Shown: piece by piece, positions 42,801 to 53,700 of the stretch
How the letters are laid out: every line of letters starts with the position of its first letter
Position numbering within the stretch: the first letter of the stretch is position 1
NCBI GenBank assembly: GCA_000092065.1
Contig: CP000586.1
Length of the DNA: 64,000 nt
Strand: one strand, 5' to 3'
DNA from: Ostreococcus lucimarinus
Lineage: Eukaryota
Notes under the pieces: model-generated
Databases searched by the model: none
The model's input: the letters and a program-made list of their open reading frames with translations, nothing else
What the model was told of the DNA's origin: nothing
Program-made: the position numbers and the translations under genes

Positions 42801-45800
42801 CTATTCATTTTGCGTTTGCCGCTCCTGCGCGTCTTCGTTCTCGTCGACATCGAAATTAGTAGTCGGCTCAACGCTCGCGCCAATGAAGAAGAAGATGTTC
42901 TTAACCATGGCTTCGCGAATGGATTCAACCAATGACACAAACGCTCGCGCGCCGTCGATGCGAAACTCATCTTTCGGGTCCAAGTGACCGAAGCTTCGCA
43001 CTTGTACGCTACTGCGCAACACCTCCATCTGCACCAAATGCCGCTGCCATAGTTCATCTATGGCGCGAAGAGCCCAAAGTCGCTCGACGCTTTCGAGTTC
43101 GGCGCGATCGTAGTCTTTTGCAGCCAGACGCGCGAATCGATCCAAGTACAGTTGCACGGCGGATTCAGTCAGGTATGAGCGTAAACGCCGAGCCTTCGCC
43201 GCGTGCCAGCCCTTGCTCCAACGACGAATGTACTCCTGCGAGTCGCGGACATCGGACGGTGGAGCTAAACGGTTGCGTAAACGTTCATTTATGGCGGCGT
43301 CCGAAGCTTCTGGTTCGGTGTCTTCCATGAGTGGGCCGACGACGCCCTCCGGCATGACGATTTCAACGCCCGCGATGGCCGCGAGGACGATAGCGGGGGC
43401 CACTTTCAAGGGTGGCATCTCGTGCGGAATGGGTAAATCACCTCCGCTCAATATAGCGTCGCGAATTGAATTCTCCCCGACCGCATTCACGCCCGGAAGG
43501 TAATGCGGCCTGTCGCCCGTGGGTAATCCGCGCGTCAAGGCGATGAAATCTGTTCGACCGATAAACACGCAACGCAGCTCACTCAAGAGCTGTTCGTAAT
43601 TCCACTTTTTCGGGTGAACATTGCCCGAAACACCCGCACGTTCGCACGCGTCGTCGACGACTCTGGCCATATACTTGAACAAGCGCTCACGCAGCGCCGA
43701 CTGGCTGCTCAGCAGAATTTGTCGCCGCAACTTGTACACCGCCTCGCGCTGACCATCGAGCACGCGATCGGATTCGAACGTGGACTGTCGGTGCGATGAC
43801 AGGTAGTCTTCGATTTGCTTTTGAACCATGCGAAGCTGACCGTCGACGATATCCGAGACGATGGGCGAGTACTCATCGACGCCGGCGAACATCCACAACT
43901 TATCGTTTCCCCAACCAGGCATGTACGTTTGTAACAACTCGTCTTCGGCCGACACACAGAAAACCGTACTTCCCGGATCACCCTGACGTGCGGCGCGACC
44001 GCGGAGTTGGTTATCAACGCGTCGACTGTCGTGAATGGAGGTACCGATGACTTGCAATCCGCCGACTTCTCGAACTTCTTCTCGTTCGTCGGAGCACTGC
44101 TTTTGGCAATCTCGCAAGACGTGGTACGCGGCAACGTTGACGAAATGCATCAACACTCGATCCTTATCCCATGCACCCGGCTTCTCCCCTCGACGTAGCA
44201 GTTCCTCTGCCTTGACCAACGCTTCTACCAACAATTCTTCAGCTTGTTCTTCGCTTAGCGATCCCGCCGAGGCAGTGGATTGCGTCGCCACATGCTCCGC
44301 CTGATTGAGCGTGATTTGGGCCTCTTGGGACAGATCAACGTACATGAGCAGAGCTGCGTCACCGATATCCCCTAGATCAAAAGCGGGCCAAAGTTTCTCC
44401 TTCAACGCACGCTTCGCCAAGCCCACAGGGCTACCACCGAGTAGAATGTCGGTACCGCGCCCAGCCATATTTGTGGCGATTGTCACCGCGTACTTTCTCC
44501 CAGCCTGTGCGATGATCTCGGCTTCTCTCGCCGCATACTGCGGACGCGCGTTTAGCAGCTCGTGTGGTACGCCAGCAATTTTGCGCCCATCGTTCGTCAC
44601 CCATCGATGCCGCGAGAGCAAGTCACTCAAAATTTCGGAATTTTCCACCGACGTCGTACCCACGAGTACGGGTCTGCCTTCGGCATGACACCTCTCAATC
44701 AAATCCACGACGGCGTACCATCTCGGTATGCTGTTTAAGAAGAGCGATGTCTGGCTATCTATTCGTAAATTGGGCTTGTTCGTCGGCACGCGCGCCACGC
44801 CGAGATTGTACGTGGTGAAGAACTCTTCCGATTCCGTCGACGCCGTGCCCGTCATGCCGCTCAGTTTCTTGTATAGCTTGAATAGACATTGGTAAGAAAT
44901 GGATGCGATGATTGAATTCTCGCCATTAATTTCTACGCCTTCCTTCGCTTCGACGGCTTGATGCAAGTTATCATTCCATCGCCGATTCATCTGCACTCGC
45001 CCGGTGGACGGATCGACGATGATGACTTTGCCGTCTCGCACAATGTAATCGATGTCCTTGATAAAGAGCGCCCTTGCCTTGACGGCGAGCAGAATGTACT
45101 TGCCCCAAGGGTTTTTTGCATCCCACAGATCGTTCACACCGAGGATCTGCTCCGCGTGCAACATGCCTTCGTCGGTGAGTTCGGCTGTTTTCTCCTTCAA
45201 GACGACTTTGAAGTCGCGCCCGGGGATTAAGCTTTCCGCAACTTTAGCCGCGGTCACGTACTGATCGTCGTCGTTCACGTCGCCCGTGCCAGTGATCAAT
45301 AGCGGATTGCGTCCTTCATCGATTAAGACGCTGTCGACCTCGTCCACGATGGCGAAATTGAACGGACGCGTCAACACGACCAATTCTTCCGCGTCGTTTG
45401 CCATGTTGTCGCGCAAGTAATCGAACCCAATCTCCGTGTTTGTCACATACGTGATGTCACACGCGTACGCCCGCTGCCGCTCCTCTGAAGTCATGTCAGA
45501 TTGAATCACGCCCACCGTGAGTCCTAAGAAACGATATATCCTTCCCATCTCCGTCGCGTCGCGCGCTGCCAAGTAATCGTTCACCGTCACCACGTGCACG
45601 CCCTTGCCATCCAACGCATTCAAATACGCGGGTAAAGTCGCCACCAAAGTCTTTCCCTCCCCTGTACTCATCTCCGCCACCCATCCCTCGTGCAAAAGCG
45701 CCCCCCCGATCAATTGCACGTCGAAATGTGTCAACCCGAGCTCGCGCGTCGACGCCTCTCGCACCACCGCGAACGCCTCCACTAAAATATCGTCCAACGT

Positions 45801-46214
45801 CTCCCCAGCTCGCAGCCGCGCGCGAAACGCGTCCGTCTTCCCGCGCAGTTCATCATTTGTGAGACTCCGCACGTCACGATCCAGCGCTCTAACCGCATCG
45901 ACGACGCGCGTCTGCAGTTCTGCGATTTGCCTAGCGTCGCCGTCTCGCCAGGCGCGGTCGCGTGCGACCGACATCATCGCCGTCGTCGTCGACGTCGACG
46001 CGTGCTCGAGCTCGTCATCGTCGAAGGACGCCGACGCCGACGCACCGATCGATCGCGCGTCGCCGTTCGTCGTCGCTCGCGCGCGCACGGCGGCGATTCG
46101 TCGTCGACTTTGAACCATCTTGCGGTGCGTCGTCGGTCGCCCGTGGTTCGCGCGCGCGCGCGGCACGCGCGACGGTGCGAGCGGCGCGTGCGAGCGCACC
46201 ATACCACGCGCCAT
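42801..46214 (-). CDS. SECA: Preprotein translocase SecA, plastid-type, nuclear-encoded with an N-terminal transit peptide
   Basis: ATG at 46214. An internal ATG at residue 33 could be the true start. DEAD motor MSTGEGKTLVATLPAYLNA, the IDEVDSVLIDEGRNPLLI Walker B, and the full SecA scaffold and wing. A single ORF. Confidence 0.85.
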   Translation of the reverse strand: MARGMVRSHAPLAPSRVPRARANHGRPTTHRKMVQSRRRIAAVRARATTNGDARSIGASASASFDDDELEHASTSTTTAMMSVARDRAWRDGDARQIAELQTRVVDAVRALDRDVRSLTNDELRGKTDAFRARLRAGETLDDILVEAFAVVREASTRELGLTHFDVQLIGGALLHEGWVAEMSTGEGKTLVATLPAYLNALDGKGVHVVTVNDYLAARDATEMGRIYRFLGLTVGVIQSDMTSEERQRAYACDITYVTNTEIGFDYLRDNMANDAEELVVLTRPFNFAIVDEVDSVLIDEGRNPLLITGTGDVNDDDQYVTAAKVAESLIPGRDFKVVLKEKTAELTDEGMLHAEQILGVNDLWDAKNPWGKYILLAVKARALFIKDIDYIVRDGKVIIVDPSTGRVQMNRRWNDNLHQAVEAKEGVEINGENSIIASISYQCLFKLYKKLSGMTGTASTESEEFFTTYNLGVARVPTNKPNLRIDSQTSLFLNSIPRWYAVVDLIERCHAEGRPVLVGTTSVENSEILSDLLSRHRWVTNDGRKIAGVPHELLNARPQYAAREAEIIAQAGRKYAVTIATNMAGRGTDILLGGSPVGLAKRALKEKLWPAFDLGDIGDAALLMYVDLSQEAQITLNQAEHVATQSTASAGSLSEEQAEELLVEALVKAEELLRRGEKPGAWDKDRVLMHFVNVAAYHVLRDCQKQCSDEREEVREVGGLQVIGTSIHDSRRVDNQLRGRAARQGDPGSTVFCVSAEDELLQTYMPGWGNDKLWMFAGVDEYSPIVSDIVDGQLRMVQKQIEDYLSSHRQSTFESDRVLDGQREAVYKLRRQILLSSQSALRERLFKYMARVVDDACERAGVSGNVHPKKWNYEQLLSELRCVFIGRTDFIALTRGLPTGDRPHYLPGVNAVGENSIRDAILSGGDLPIPHEMPPLKVAPAIVLAAIAGVEIVMPEGVVGPLMEDTEPEASDAAINERLRNRLAPPSDVRDSQEYIRRWSKGWHAAKARRLRSYLTESAVQLYLDRFARLAAKDYDRAELESVERLWALRAIDELWQRHLVQMEVLRSSVQVRSFGHLDPKDEFRIDGARAFVSLVESIREAMVKNIFFFIGASVEPTTNFDVDENEDAQERQTQNE

Positions 46215-46397
46215 TTTGCGCGCGCGACGCGGACGAGCGCGCGCGGCGAAGTGCGGAGCGTTGGTGAATGAGTTTTCTCAAAAGTTCCGGGGACGACGCG
46301 CGAAGACGCGCGGGCGCGAAAGAGCGCGCGACCGGCGAAGTTTCTGAGAGATTGCTACATCTTCAGGCTATGCTCGGGCTAAAAAGCTAGGAAATCC

Positions 46398-47309
46398 TCA
46401 CTGCTGCTCGTCGGGATCGCGCTCGACTGCGGCGCCGGCGAGCCAGCGCTCTAAGTCTTCGTCTCGGCGCGCGTTGCGATACGCGCTCCATCCGTCACCA
46501 GAATCGCTCGACGTCAACTTTTCCGCGCGCTTGCGATCGGCCAGCTCTCGCGCGCGCTCCTTTTTCATCTGCGATTTTGTGTTCAGTTGTTTTTTAATCG
46601 CCGCCGAGCGCCGCTTCGACTCTTCGTCGTCGTTTTCGCGAAGCGCTTCGAGTTGGCGTCTGAAAATTTTCTCCGTCTTTTCGATCACGGCGCGTTGCTT
46701 TTCGATCTTCACCAAGCCTTCGCGGCATCCTTTCGCTTCGCAAGGTAACGTTCCGACGCCTTGACACTTGGCGCACGTCGTCCGACCTTTCGGATACGCG
46801 ACCGCACCCCCCGGCGCGTCGACGTCGCCGACCCAGTCGAGCTCTTCCCGTTGCTTCCAACCCGCGCTCCACTCCATGCGATCCTTCAAAAACTTCACTG
46901 GAATGTCCACCGTGACCGAGGTATCGCATGTCGCGCGAAGCGTGAGCGTTTTCGCCTTGGGAGACGCACCCACGCACTCGAAGTGTCGCCATCCGCGCGT
47001 GCGCTTGTGGGCGGTCCAACGCGTCCCGACCGCGTTCTTCATGTCCACCACGTTCTTCAGGTGATAACCCCCCGGAGGAAGGAAACCTGATGCGTTACAA
47101 TCCTTGCAGTCGCACCTGCCGGTGTCGCGACACTTCCTGCACGCGCACGACGGCGCGTCGGCGCCGGCGTCGGCGTCCCGAGCCCCTCGAGTCGGCGTCG
47201 TCCCCAGGCGAGCCGGCGTCGAAGCGCGCCGAGCGAAGCGTCCCGACGTGCGTCCGGACGTGGACGCGCGCGGCGACGTCGCCGCGGCGACTCGCGCGGC
47301 GAACGCCAT
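46398..47309 (-). CDS. DnaJ-type zinc-finger (CxxCxGxG repeat) protein with a chloroplast-transit-peptide-like N-terminus
   Basis: ATG at 47309 (MAFAARVAAATSPRAS...). Cys repeats CACRKCRDTGRCDCKDCNASG and CAKCQGVGTLPCEAKGCREG. A charged, coiled C-terminus. Confidence 0.55.
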   Translation of the reverse strand: MAFAARVAAATSPRASTSGRTSGRFARRASTPARLGTTPTRGARDADAGADAPSCACRKCRDTGRCDCKDCNASGFLPPGGYHLKNVVDMKNAVGTRWTAHKRTRGWRHFECVGASPKAKTLTLRATCDTSVTVDIPVKFLKDRMEWSAGWKQREELDWVGDVDAPGGAVAYPKGRTTCAKCQGVGTLPCEAKGCREGLVKIEKQRAVIEKTEKIFRRQLEALRENDDEESKRRSAAIKKQLNTKSQMKKERARELADRKRAEKLTSSDSGDGWSAYRNARRDEDLERWLAGAAVERDPDEQQ

Positions 47310-47336
47310 GAAGCCTGGCGCGGCGCGGAGTGCGGG

Positions 47337-48674
47337 TCAATCGTCGCCTTCGTCGTCTTCGTCTCTCGCGCGTCGATTCCACCAAAACAGCACAAAGTTT
47401 GCGACGACGTATCTCGCGTCGATCGAAATGTTCGTCGTACACTTTGTGAAGAGCACGAAAAGCGCGGTCTGGTAGAGCGCTGCCGCCGTGCGATCGCTCG
47501 ATCGAAGTCGATGACAACACCGCTCGAAGACAACGCCCGCGGTGTTCGCTCCGAAGAAAACAAACCATGCCTTGGACTTCAAGCCGTGAAAGAGCAGAGA
47601 AAACGCCATGACGACGACAACGGAAATCACGCTCGATCCCAGTGGGCGGTAGAGTAAACGCACGAACGCCTCGTGCAGACTGCAGTGAAACTTTCTCCAA
47701 AACGTACCGAACGACGTTCCCGACTTTAGCCAATCGACGCTGACGTCGCGAATGACAACCTGACCGTCGATGACGGCCAGCGCGTGACTAAGATTGAAGA
47801 TCAACGTTGGCCCGGCCCACATCGCCGTCGTGTGCGTCCACGCGTGTGATATCTTTTCAAAGAGCGACGCGTTGGCGACGTCGGCGAAAGGATCGTAATA
47901 CGTCCGATGCGCAAACTCGAGTAACGCGTACCACGTCAAGGAGTCTACGGTCTCCAACGCCGCGTACAACCACCGCCGTCGATCGTGATCACACCGGTGT
48001 CGCTCGAACTCTCTGTAAAAGCAGAAAGGTCCCTTCGCTCTCAGAGGCGGGTACAGCACGTATCTCACGAATTTTCCGAGGTCTGGCGTCGCCGACTCCT
48101 CGACGCACTCTACGCCGAAACACATGACGCGCAGCAAATCGAAGCGACACGCGCGGTAACAGTTGAACGTCGTCGCGTTCATAATTCCGACGCGCGCGAC
48201 GTCCCCCGGTTCGCTTTCCAATTCATCCAAGACCAGATACGCCAAGACGCACGCGACCCAGACGTACGTGCGTTTCCGCCGCGCGCTAAACGGTGCCGCG
48301 CGCACCGCCACCGCGAACGCGTAAAACGCGCACACGAACGCCAGCACCCCGATCGTCCACCGCGCGCCGTGCGCCATCATCGCGACCGCGATCGCCATCG
48401 CCGTCGCCGCGCGTCGTCCGCGTCGTCCCGCGCCGACGTACGCCGCCGTCGACGCCACCTCCCACGCCAACGGCCCGCCCTCGACGTACTCGAACACGCG
48501 CGCGTGAAACGTCCACCGCCGTCCGATCCGATCGTCATCGCGCGCGCGCGCGCCGCCGCGCGTCGTCCGCGCCAACGTCGCCGCGCACGCCGCCGCCGCG
48601 CACCACCGCGCGTTCGCCGTCCACCCGAACCGATCGCGTCGTCGTCGTCGCCGCGGTCCGTCGTCGCGATCCAT
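47337..48674 (-). CDS. Membrane-bound O-acyltransferase (MBOAT) family protein (GUP1/DltB-like)
   Basis: ATG at 48674. The track start at 48698 is GTG. Multi-TM. MBOAT hallmark FWRKFHCSLHEAFVRLLYRPLG (consensus FWRRWHISLxxWLRDYxYIPLGG, with the catalytic His). The stop lies only 27 bp before the next gene's ATG. Confidence 0.65.
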   Translation of the reverse strand: MDRDDGPRRRRRRDRFGWTANARWCAAAACAATLARTTRGGARARDDDRIGRRWTFHARVFEYVEGGPLAWEVASTAAYVGAGRRGRRAATAMAIAVAMMAHGARWTIGVLAFVCAFYAFAVAVRAAPFSARRKRTYVWVACVLAYLVLDELESEPGDVARVGIMNATTFNCYRACRFDLLRVMCFGVECVEESATPDLGKFVRYVLYPPLRAKGPFCFYREFERHRCDHDRRRWLYAALETVDSLTWYALLEFAHRTYYDPFADVANASLFEKISHAWTHTTAMWAGPTLIFNLSHALAVIDGQVVIRDVSVDWLKSGTSFGTFWRKFHCSLHEAFVRLLYRPLGSSVISVVVVMAFSLLFHGLKSKAWFVFFGANTAGVVFERCCHRLRSSDRTAAALYQTALFVLFTKCTTNISIDARYVVANFVLFWWNRRARDEDDEGDD

Positions 48675-48869
48675 CGCGCGTCGTCGGGTCGCGGTCACCG
48701 TCGCGCGCCGTCGCGCGCGCTCGGCGTCGCGCGGTGACGCGTCGCGCGCGTCGAGCCGTCGCGTCGACGCCGAGCCGTCGCGTCAAACCCAAAAACGACG
48801 ATTCGCGTCCCAGGGCCGCGATCGCGCGCGATCGATCGGGGCGTCTTATCCGTCCCGCACATCGGCGCG

Positions 48870-48871
48870 AT

Positions 48872-48902
<31 letters not shown>

Positions 48903-50483
48903 ACGGCGACGCGGTGCGCGCGCGACGCGCGCGCGCGACGGGGAGGGACGACGACGGCGACGCGCGCGCGCGCGCGCGCGACGACGGCGGCGGCGACGCG
49001 CGACGTCGACGTCGTCGTCGTCGGCGCGGGCGTCAGCGGCCTGTCCACGGCGCACACGCTGAAGATGAAAAAGATGCGCGAGGCGACGGTGCTCGTCACG
49101 GAGGCGCGCGAACGCGTCGGAGGGAACGTCACGAGTCGATCGGATGGGACGTACACGTGGGAGGAGGGACCGAACTCGTATCAGCCGGGGGATGCGATCT
49201 TGACGCTGGCGTGCGACGCGGGGATGCGCGACGACATCTTGCTGGCGGATCCGGCGAGCAATCGGTACGTGCTGTGGGACGGGAAGCTGCGGATTTTACC
49301 GCACAGCATTGAGAGCGCGGTGTTGGGGGATTTTTTGACGTGGCCGGGGAAGATTCGGGCGGGATTGGGGGCGATCGGAATCAGGCCGCCGGCGCCGGGC
49401 AAGGAGGAGAGCGTGAAGGAGTTCGTGAGCAGAAACTTGGGGACGGAGGCGTTCGAACGTCTGATCGAACCGTTTTGCTCGGGCGTGTACGCGGGTGATC
49501 CCGCGGCGCTGTCGTCCGTGGCGGCGACGGGGCGCGTGCAACGACTCGAACCGCTCGGCGGGTCGCTCGTCGCCGGCGCCATCATGGCGCAAAAGGAGGC
49601 GGCGCAGAACAAGAAACCGCGCGATCCGCGCCTTCCCGAGGTCAAGGGCCAAACCGTCGGCTCGTTCCGCGGTGGTTTGAAGACGTTCCCGGAGGGTTTG
49701 GCCAAGCAGCTCGGCGACGACGTCGTCAAGTGCAACTGGAAGCTCGTCGGCGTCTCGAAATCCGCCGAGGGCGGGTACGAGTGCGCGTACGACACCCCAG
49801 AAGGGCCGCAAACGGTGAGAACGAAGTGTTTGTTGCTCACCGCGCCGGCTTACGTCGCGGCCGAGATGGTTAAGGACATGGCTCCCGCGGCGGCGACGGC
49901 GCTGAACAAGTTTTACTACCCACCCGTCGCGTCGGTGACGATTTCCTACAAGAAGGATTCGTTCCGCCTCGACGGCACCAGCGCGTTACCCGAAGGCGGC
50001 CTCACTGGCTTCGGTCAGCTCCACCCGCGCTCGCAAGGCATTCGCACGCTCGGCACGATTTATAGCTCGAGCCTGTTCAAGGACGACAAGCGTCAACCGG
50101 ACGACGAGTTCATGATTTTGAACTACATCGGCGGCGCGCGCGACGTCGCGATTAAAGACTTGAGCGAGGAGGAGCTCGTGAAGCAAGTCCACGAGGACGC
50201 CTTGAAGACAATCTTGAAGCCCGGTACGCCGCTTCCCAAGGTTGTCGGCGTCAAGGTTTGGGAAAAGGCCATCCCGCAATTCAACCTCGGCCACTTGGAC
50301 GTCCTCGCCGAAGCCGAGAACGCGTTAACCGCCGCCGACTGCGGCGAAAAAGACGGCTTGTTCCTCGGCGGCAACTACACCGCGGGCGTCGCGTTGGGTC
50401 GATGCGTCGAGTTCGGCATCGAGCAAGCGGACGAAGTCGTGGCGTACTTAAACGCCGCATCCAAGAAGGCCGTCGCGGTGTGA
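48870..50483 (+). CDS. PPOX: Protoporphyrinogen IX oxidase (PPOX), with a Thr-rich N-terminal presequence encoded by an (ACG)n microsatellite
   Basis: ATG at 48870. FAD fold VVVVGAGVSGLSTAH and the amine-oxidase/PPOX core through ...GGNYTAGVALGRCVEFG. Confidence 0.85.
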
Positions 50484-50491
50484 TGCCGCCC

Positions 50492-50496
50492 TGTAA
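50492..50496 (+). promoter_or_regulatory. TGTAA putative poly(A) signal for PPOX
   Basis: TGTAA 9 nt after the stop. Confidence 0.4.
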
Positions 50497-50748
50497 TTAC
50501 AGTAACCGTTTAATATTCGCCTCGACGTTTCTCTCGCGGCTCGCCTCCGCCTCGGGCGCCACGCTCGCCGCGTCAGATCGGCAGAATCCCGCGCCTGGCG
50601 CGACCAAAACCTCGCGATAACCTCGCGAGCGTACCACATCGCGTGTACAACTGCACGCACGCGCTTCGCACGCGCGCTCACTCGCCCCGCGCGCGCACCG
50701 ACGCGGCGCTCTTCGAATCTCTCGCGCGGATTATAATCGCCATCGCCG

Positions 50749-53700
50749 ATGGGCGTCCCGAAGTTTTTCCGATGGCTCGCCGAGCGCTACCCGCTGCTCC
50801 AGCAAGAGATCGCGGGAAATCAGATCCCGGGGATCGATAACTTGTACCTGGACATGAATGGTGTCATTCACAACTGCTCGCACGGCGCAGGGACGGATGT
50901 GAATACGCGAATGACTGAAGACGAGATGATGTCCAAGGTTTTCGCGTATTTGGATCATCTGTTTCGAATGACGCGACCGAATAAGATGCTGTACATGGCG
51001 ATCGATGGCGTGGCACCGCGAGCGAAGATGAACCAACAGCGGAGTCGACGATTTCGAAGCGCGGCGGAGGCGGCGAAGGACCGCGAGGAAGCGCGTGCGA
51101 GAGGCGAACCGGAGCCGGAGGGCGAACCGTTTGATTCCAACTGTATCACGCCGGGGACGGAGTTCATGGCGCGGTTGACGGAACATTTGAAATTCTACGT
51201 GCGTAAGAAGCAAACGGAAGATCCACTTTGGGCAAAGGTGACGGTGATATTGTCTGGGCACGAAGTCAGAGGTGAGGGCGAGCATAAAATCATGGAGCAC
51301 ATTCGATGGGCGCGAACGCAGCCGGACTGGGAGCCGAATCAAACGCACTGTTTGTACGGCCTCGACGCCGATCTTATCATGCTTGCTCTCGTCACGCACG
51401 AACCTCACTTTTGTTTGCTTCGTGAGGTCGTGAAGTTTGGCGGCGGCGAGAAAGGGCAGCCGAGCCGGGAGATTTTGTCCAATCCCACCGACGACGGCTT
51501 CATCTTGTTGCACATCGGCTTGTTGCGCGAGTACTTGGATTTAGAATTCCGCGAAAAGAATCTTCCGTTCGGATACGAGCTCGAGCGCGTCATCGATGAC
51601 TTCATCTTACTGTGCATGCTCGTCGGGAACGATTTCTTGCCCGCTCTGCCGACGCTGAACATCGCCGAGGGCGCGCTGAACACGCTCTTCAAAGTGTACC
51701 ACGACACGTTGCCGATGCTTGGAGGTTATATCACTGGCGATGAAGGGGGGGGTACTTTTAACCCTGAACGTTTGGAGAAGATCATGAGCATCATGGCGAC
51801 GTTCGAGCGACAGGTGTTGGAAGAGCGCGCGATGGATGTCGAGAAGGAAGAGGAGAAGAAGTCTCGACGAAAAGGTCGCAACGGTGGTTCCGCGTCCGAT
51901 CTCACTCCCGAGGAGAAGTTCGACAAGGATTTGAGTGAGATGAGCGACACCGAAGGCGTGCCACAAGTTTCTGCCGACCCGACAATGATGAACGCTGCGA
52001 AGCGGGCGCTGATTCTCGAAGGTGGCGAGGAGGGCTTGCAAGCGTGGAAGGATACGTACTATCGCGAAAAGCTCGGTTTGAAGATTGGCGAAGCTGCACC
52101 GCTGGGTGAAATTAGACAAGCTTATTTCGATGGTTTGAACTGGGTCTTGCGTTACTACTATCGTGGTGTTGCGTCCTGGACTTGGTACTATCCCTACCAT
52201 TACGCGCCGATGGCGAGCGACTTGTGCGCCGGCATGGGCGGTCTCACGTCTGAGTTCGATTACGGCGAACCGTTCAAACCTTTCGAGCAGCTCATGGCTG
52301 TACAACCACCATCGAGCTCCAAGTTACTCCCCGAGCCATTCCGCCACTTCATGGAAGATCCGCAGTCGCCCTTGGCTGAGTTCTTCCCGGAAGACATCAA
52401 AGTTGACTTTGAAGGCAAGCGCAACGACTGGGAAGGCGTCGTGCTGTTGCCCTTTTTGGACGCCGATCGCTTGAAGGCTGCGGTCGCTTCCGTGGAACCG
52501 TCGCAGCTGACTGCTGGTCAAATCGCGCGAAATGTGCCCGGTAATCTTATATATTTCAACCACGCCCCCTCGGGCGCGGGAGACGTGCAGAGCACTTTGC
52601 CAAAGTCCTTTGCAGGCTTGTTTCCGGCGAAGAGTAAGATGACCATGCGCATGCCGCCGGGCGAGTTCCCGGATGAGATGAAGTGCTTCGGTGGCGAAGA
52701 TTCCGTGTTTCCAGGAACGACGCTTGGTTTAGACAGTCCAAGCGGCTTCCCGACGATCCGCACACTCCCCGTGTCGGGGTCTTTGAAAACCGCAGGCGTC
52801 AAAGTGTTTGGAAACGCGTCGAAGAAGGAATCGCTCATCATTCAAATCAACGGCGTAGACGTAAACTTGGTCGGAAACTTGGCGGGAGTCGGTGCGAAGG
52901 ACATTGCTCCAAGTCTCGTGAATAAACGTGTGCAAATTAAGTGGCCATATCTCCAAGAAGCTCTCGTCGTGGGCGTTTCCGACTCGAAGGAACGCATCGT
53001 TCCCGTTATCGGCAAGCCAAACGAGTTAGCAAGCAAGCCGAATAATGCCACGGAATGGAGCGCGGACATGGAAAAGGTTACCCGCGAGTATCTCGAGAAG
53101 TACGGTGTTAGTGCAGGGCGTTCGAACATTGCGCTACATTGCCGTGCGTGCGAAGGGCTCGTGAGACATCCGGACGGATCTTTGCAGAAGCGTTTCTCCA
53201 AGACAGAGATGACGGTGCCGATTCAGCTCGTCATCGCCAAGCACAACGCCCCTTCGACGCGTATGGACGAGCGTCCCGCGCTCGACGTCGGTGAGTCTAC
53301 TGGTGATTTCGTCGACGGTGATGTCGCGCTGTTCCTGGGTCGCTCAAACTTTGGAGCGCTGGCTGTCGTCACGGATGTTTCCCCCGCTGGTTTGGGCGTC
53401 TCGCTTCACCCCGTGCCTCTGGACACTGGCTTGTCGCGCCGCATTTTAAAAGGCGTTGGACAACGTTACATGGCCAGCGGTGAGATGGCACGTAAACTAG
53501 GAGTGAACCCGAAAGTTATCGGTTGCCTCACGGGCGCGGTCTGGGTGCAAGAGAGCGCCAAGGCGTCTCGCGGCGATCGCGTCGACGTCGGTCTGAACTT
53601 GAAGCACAATGGTAAAATGTTGTGCGTCGCGGGCTACTGTCGCCCGACACAAGGCGACAAGCCGGGTTGGGAATACAGTCAAGAGGCGTTGCGAGTGTTG

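Noticed and set aside
48293-49312. 339-aa plus ORF, plus ORFs 47985..48737 and 48695..49156, spanning the MBOAT/PPOX divergent promoter
   Set aside because: Poly-Arg/Pro translation of GC-rich DNA that overlaps two well-supported genes on defined strands.
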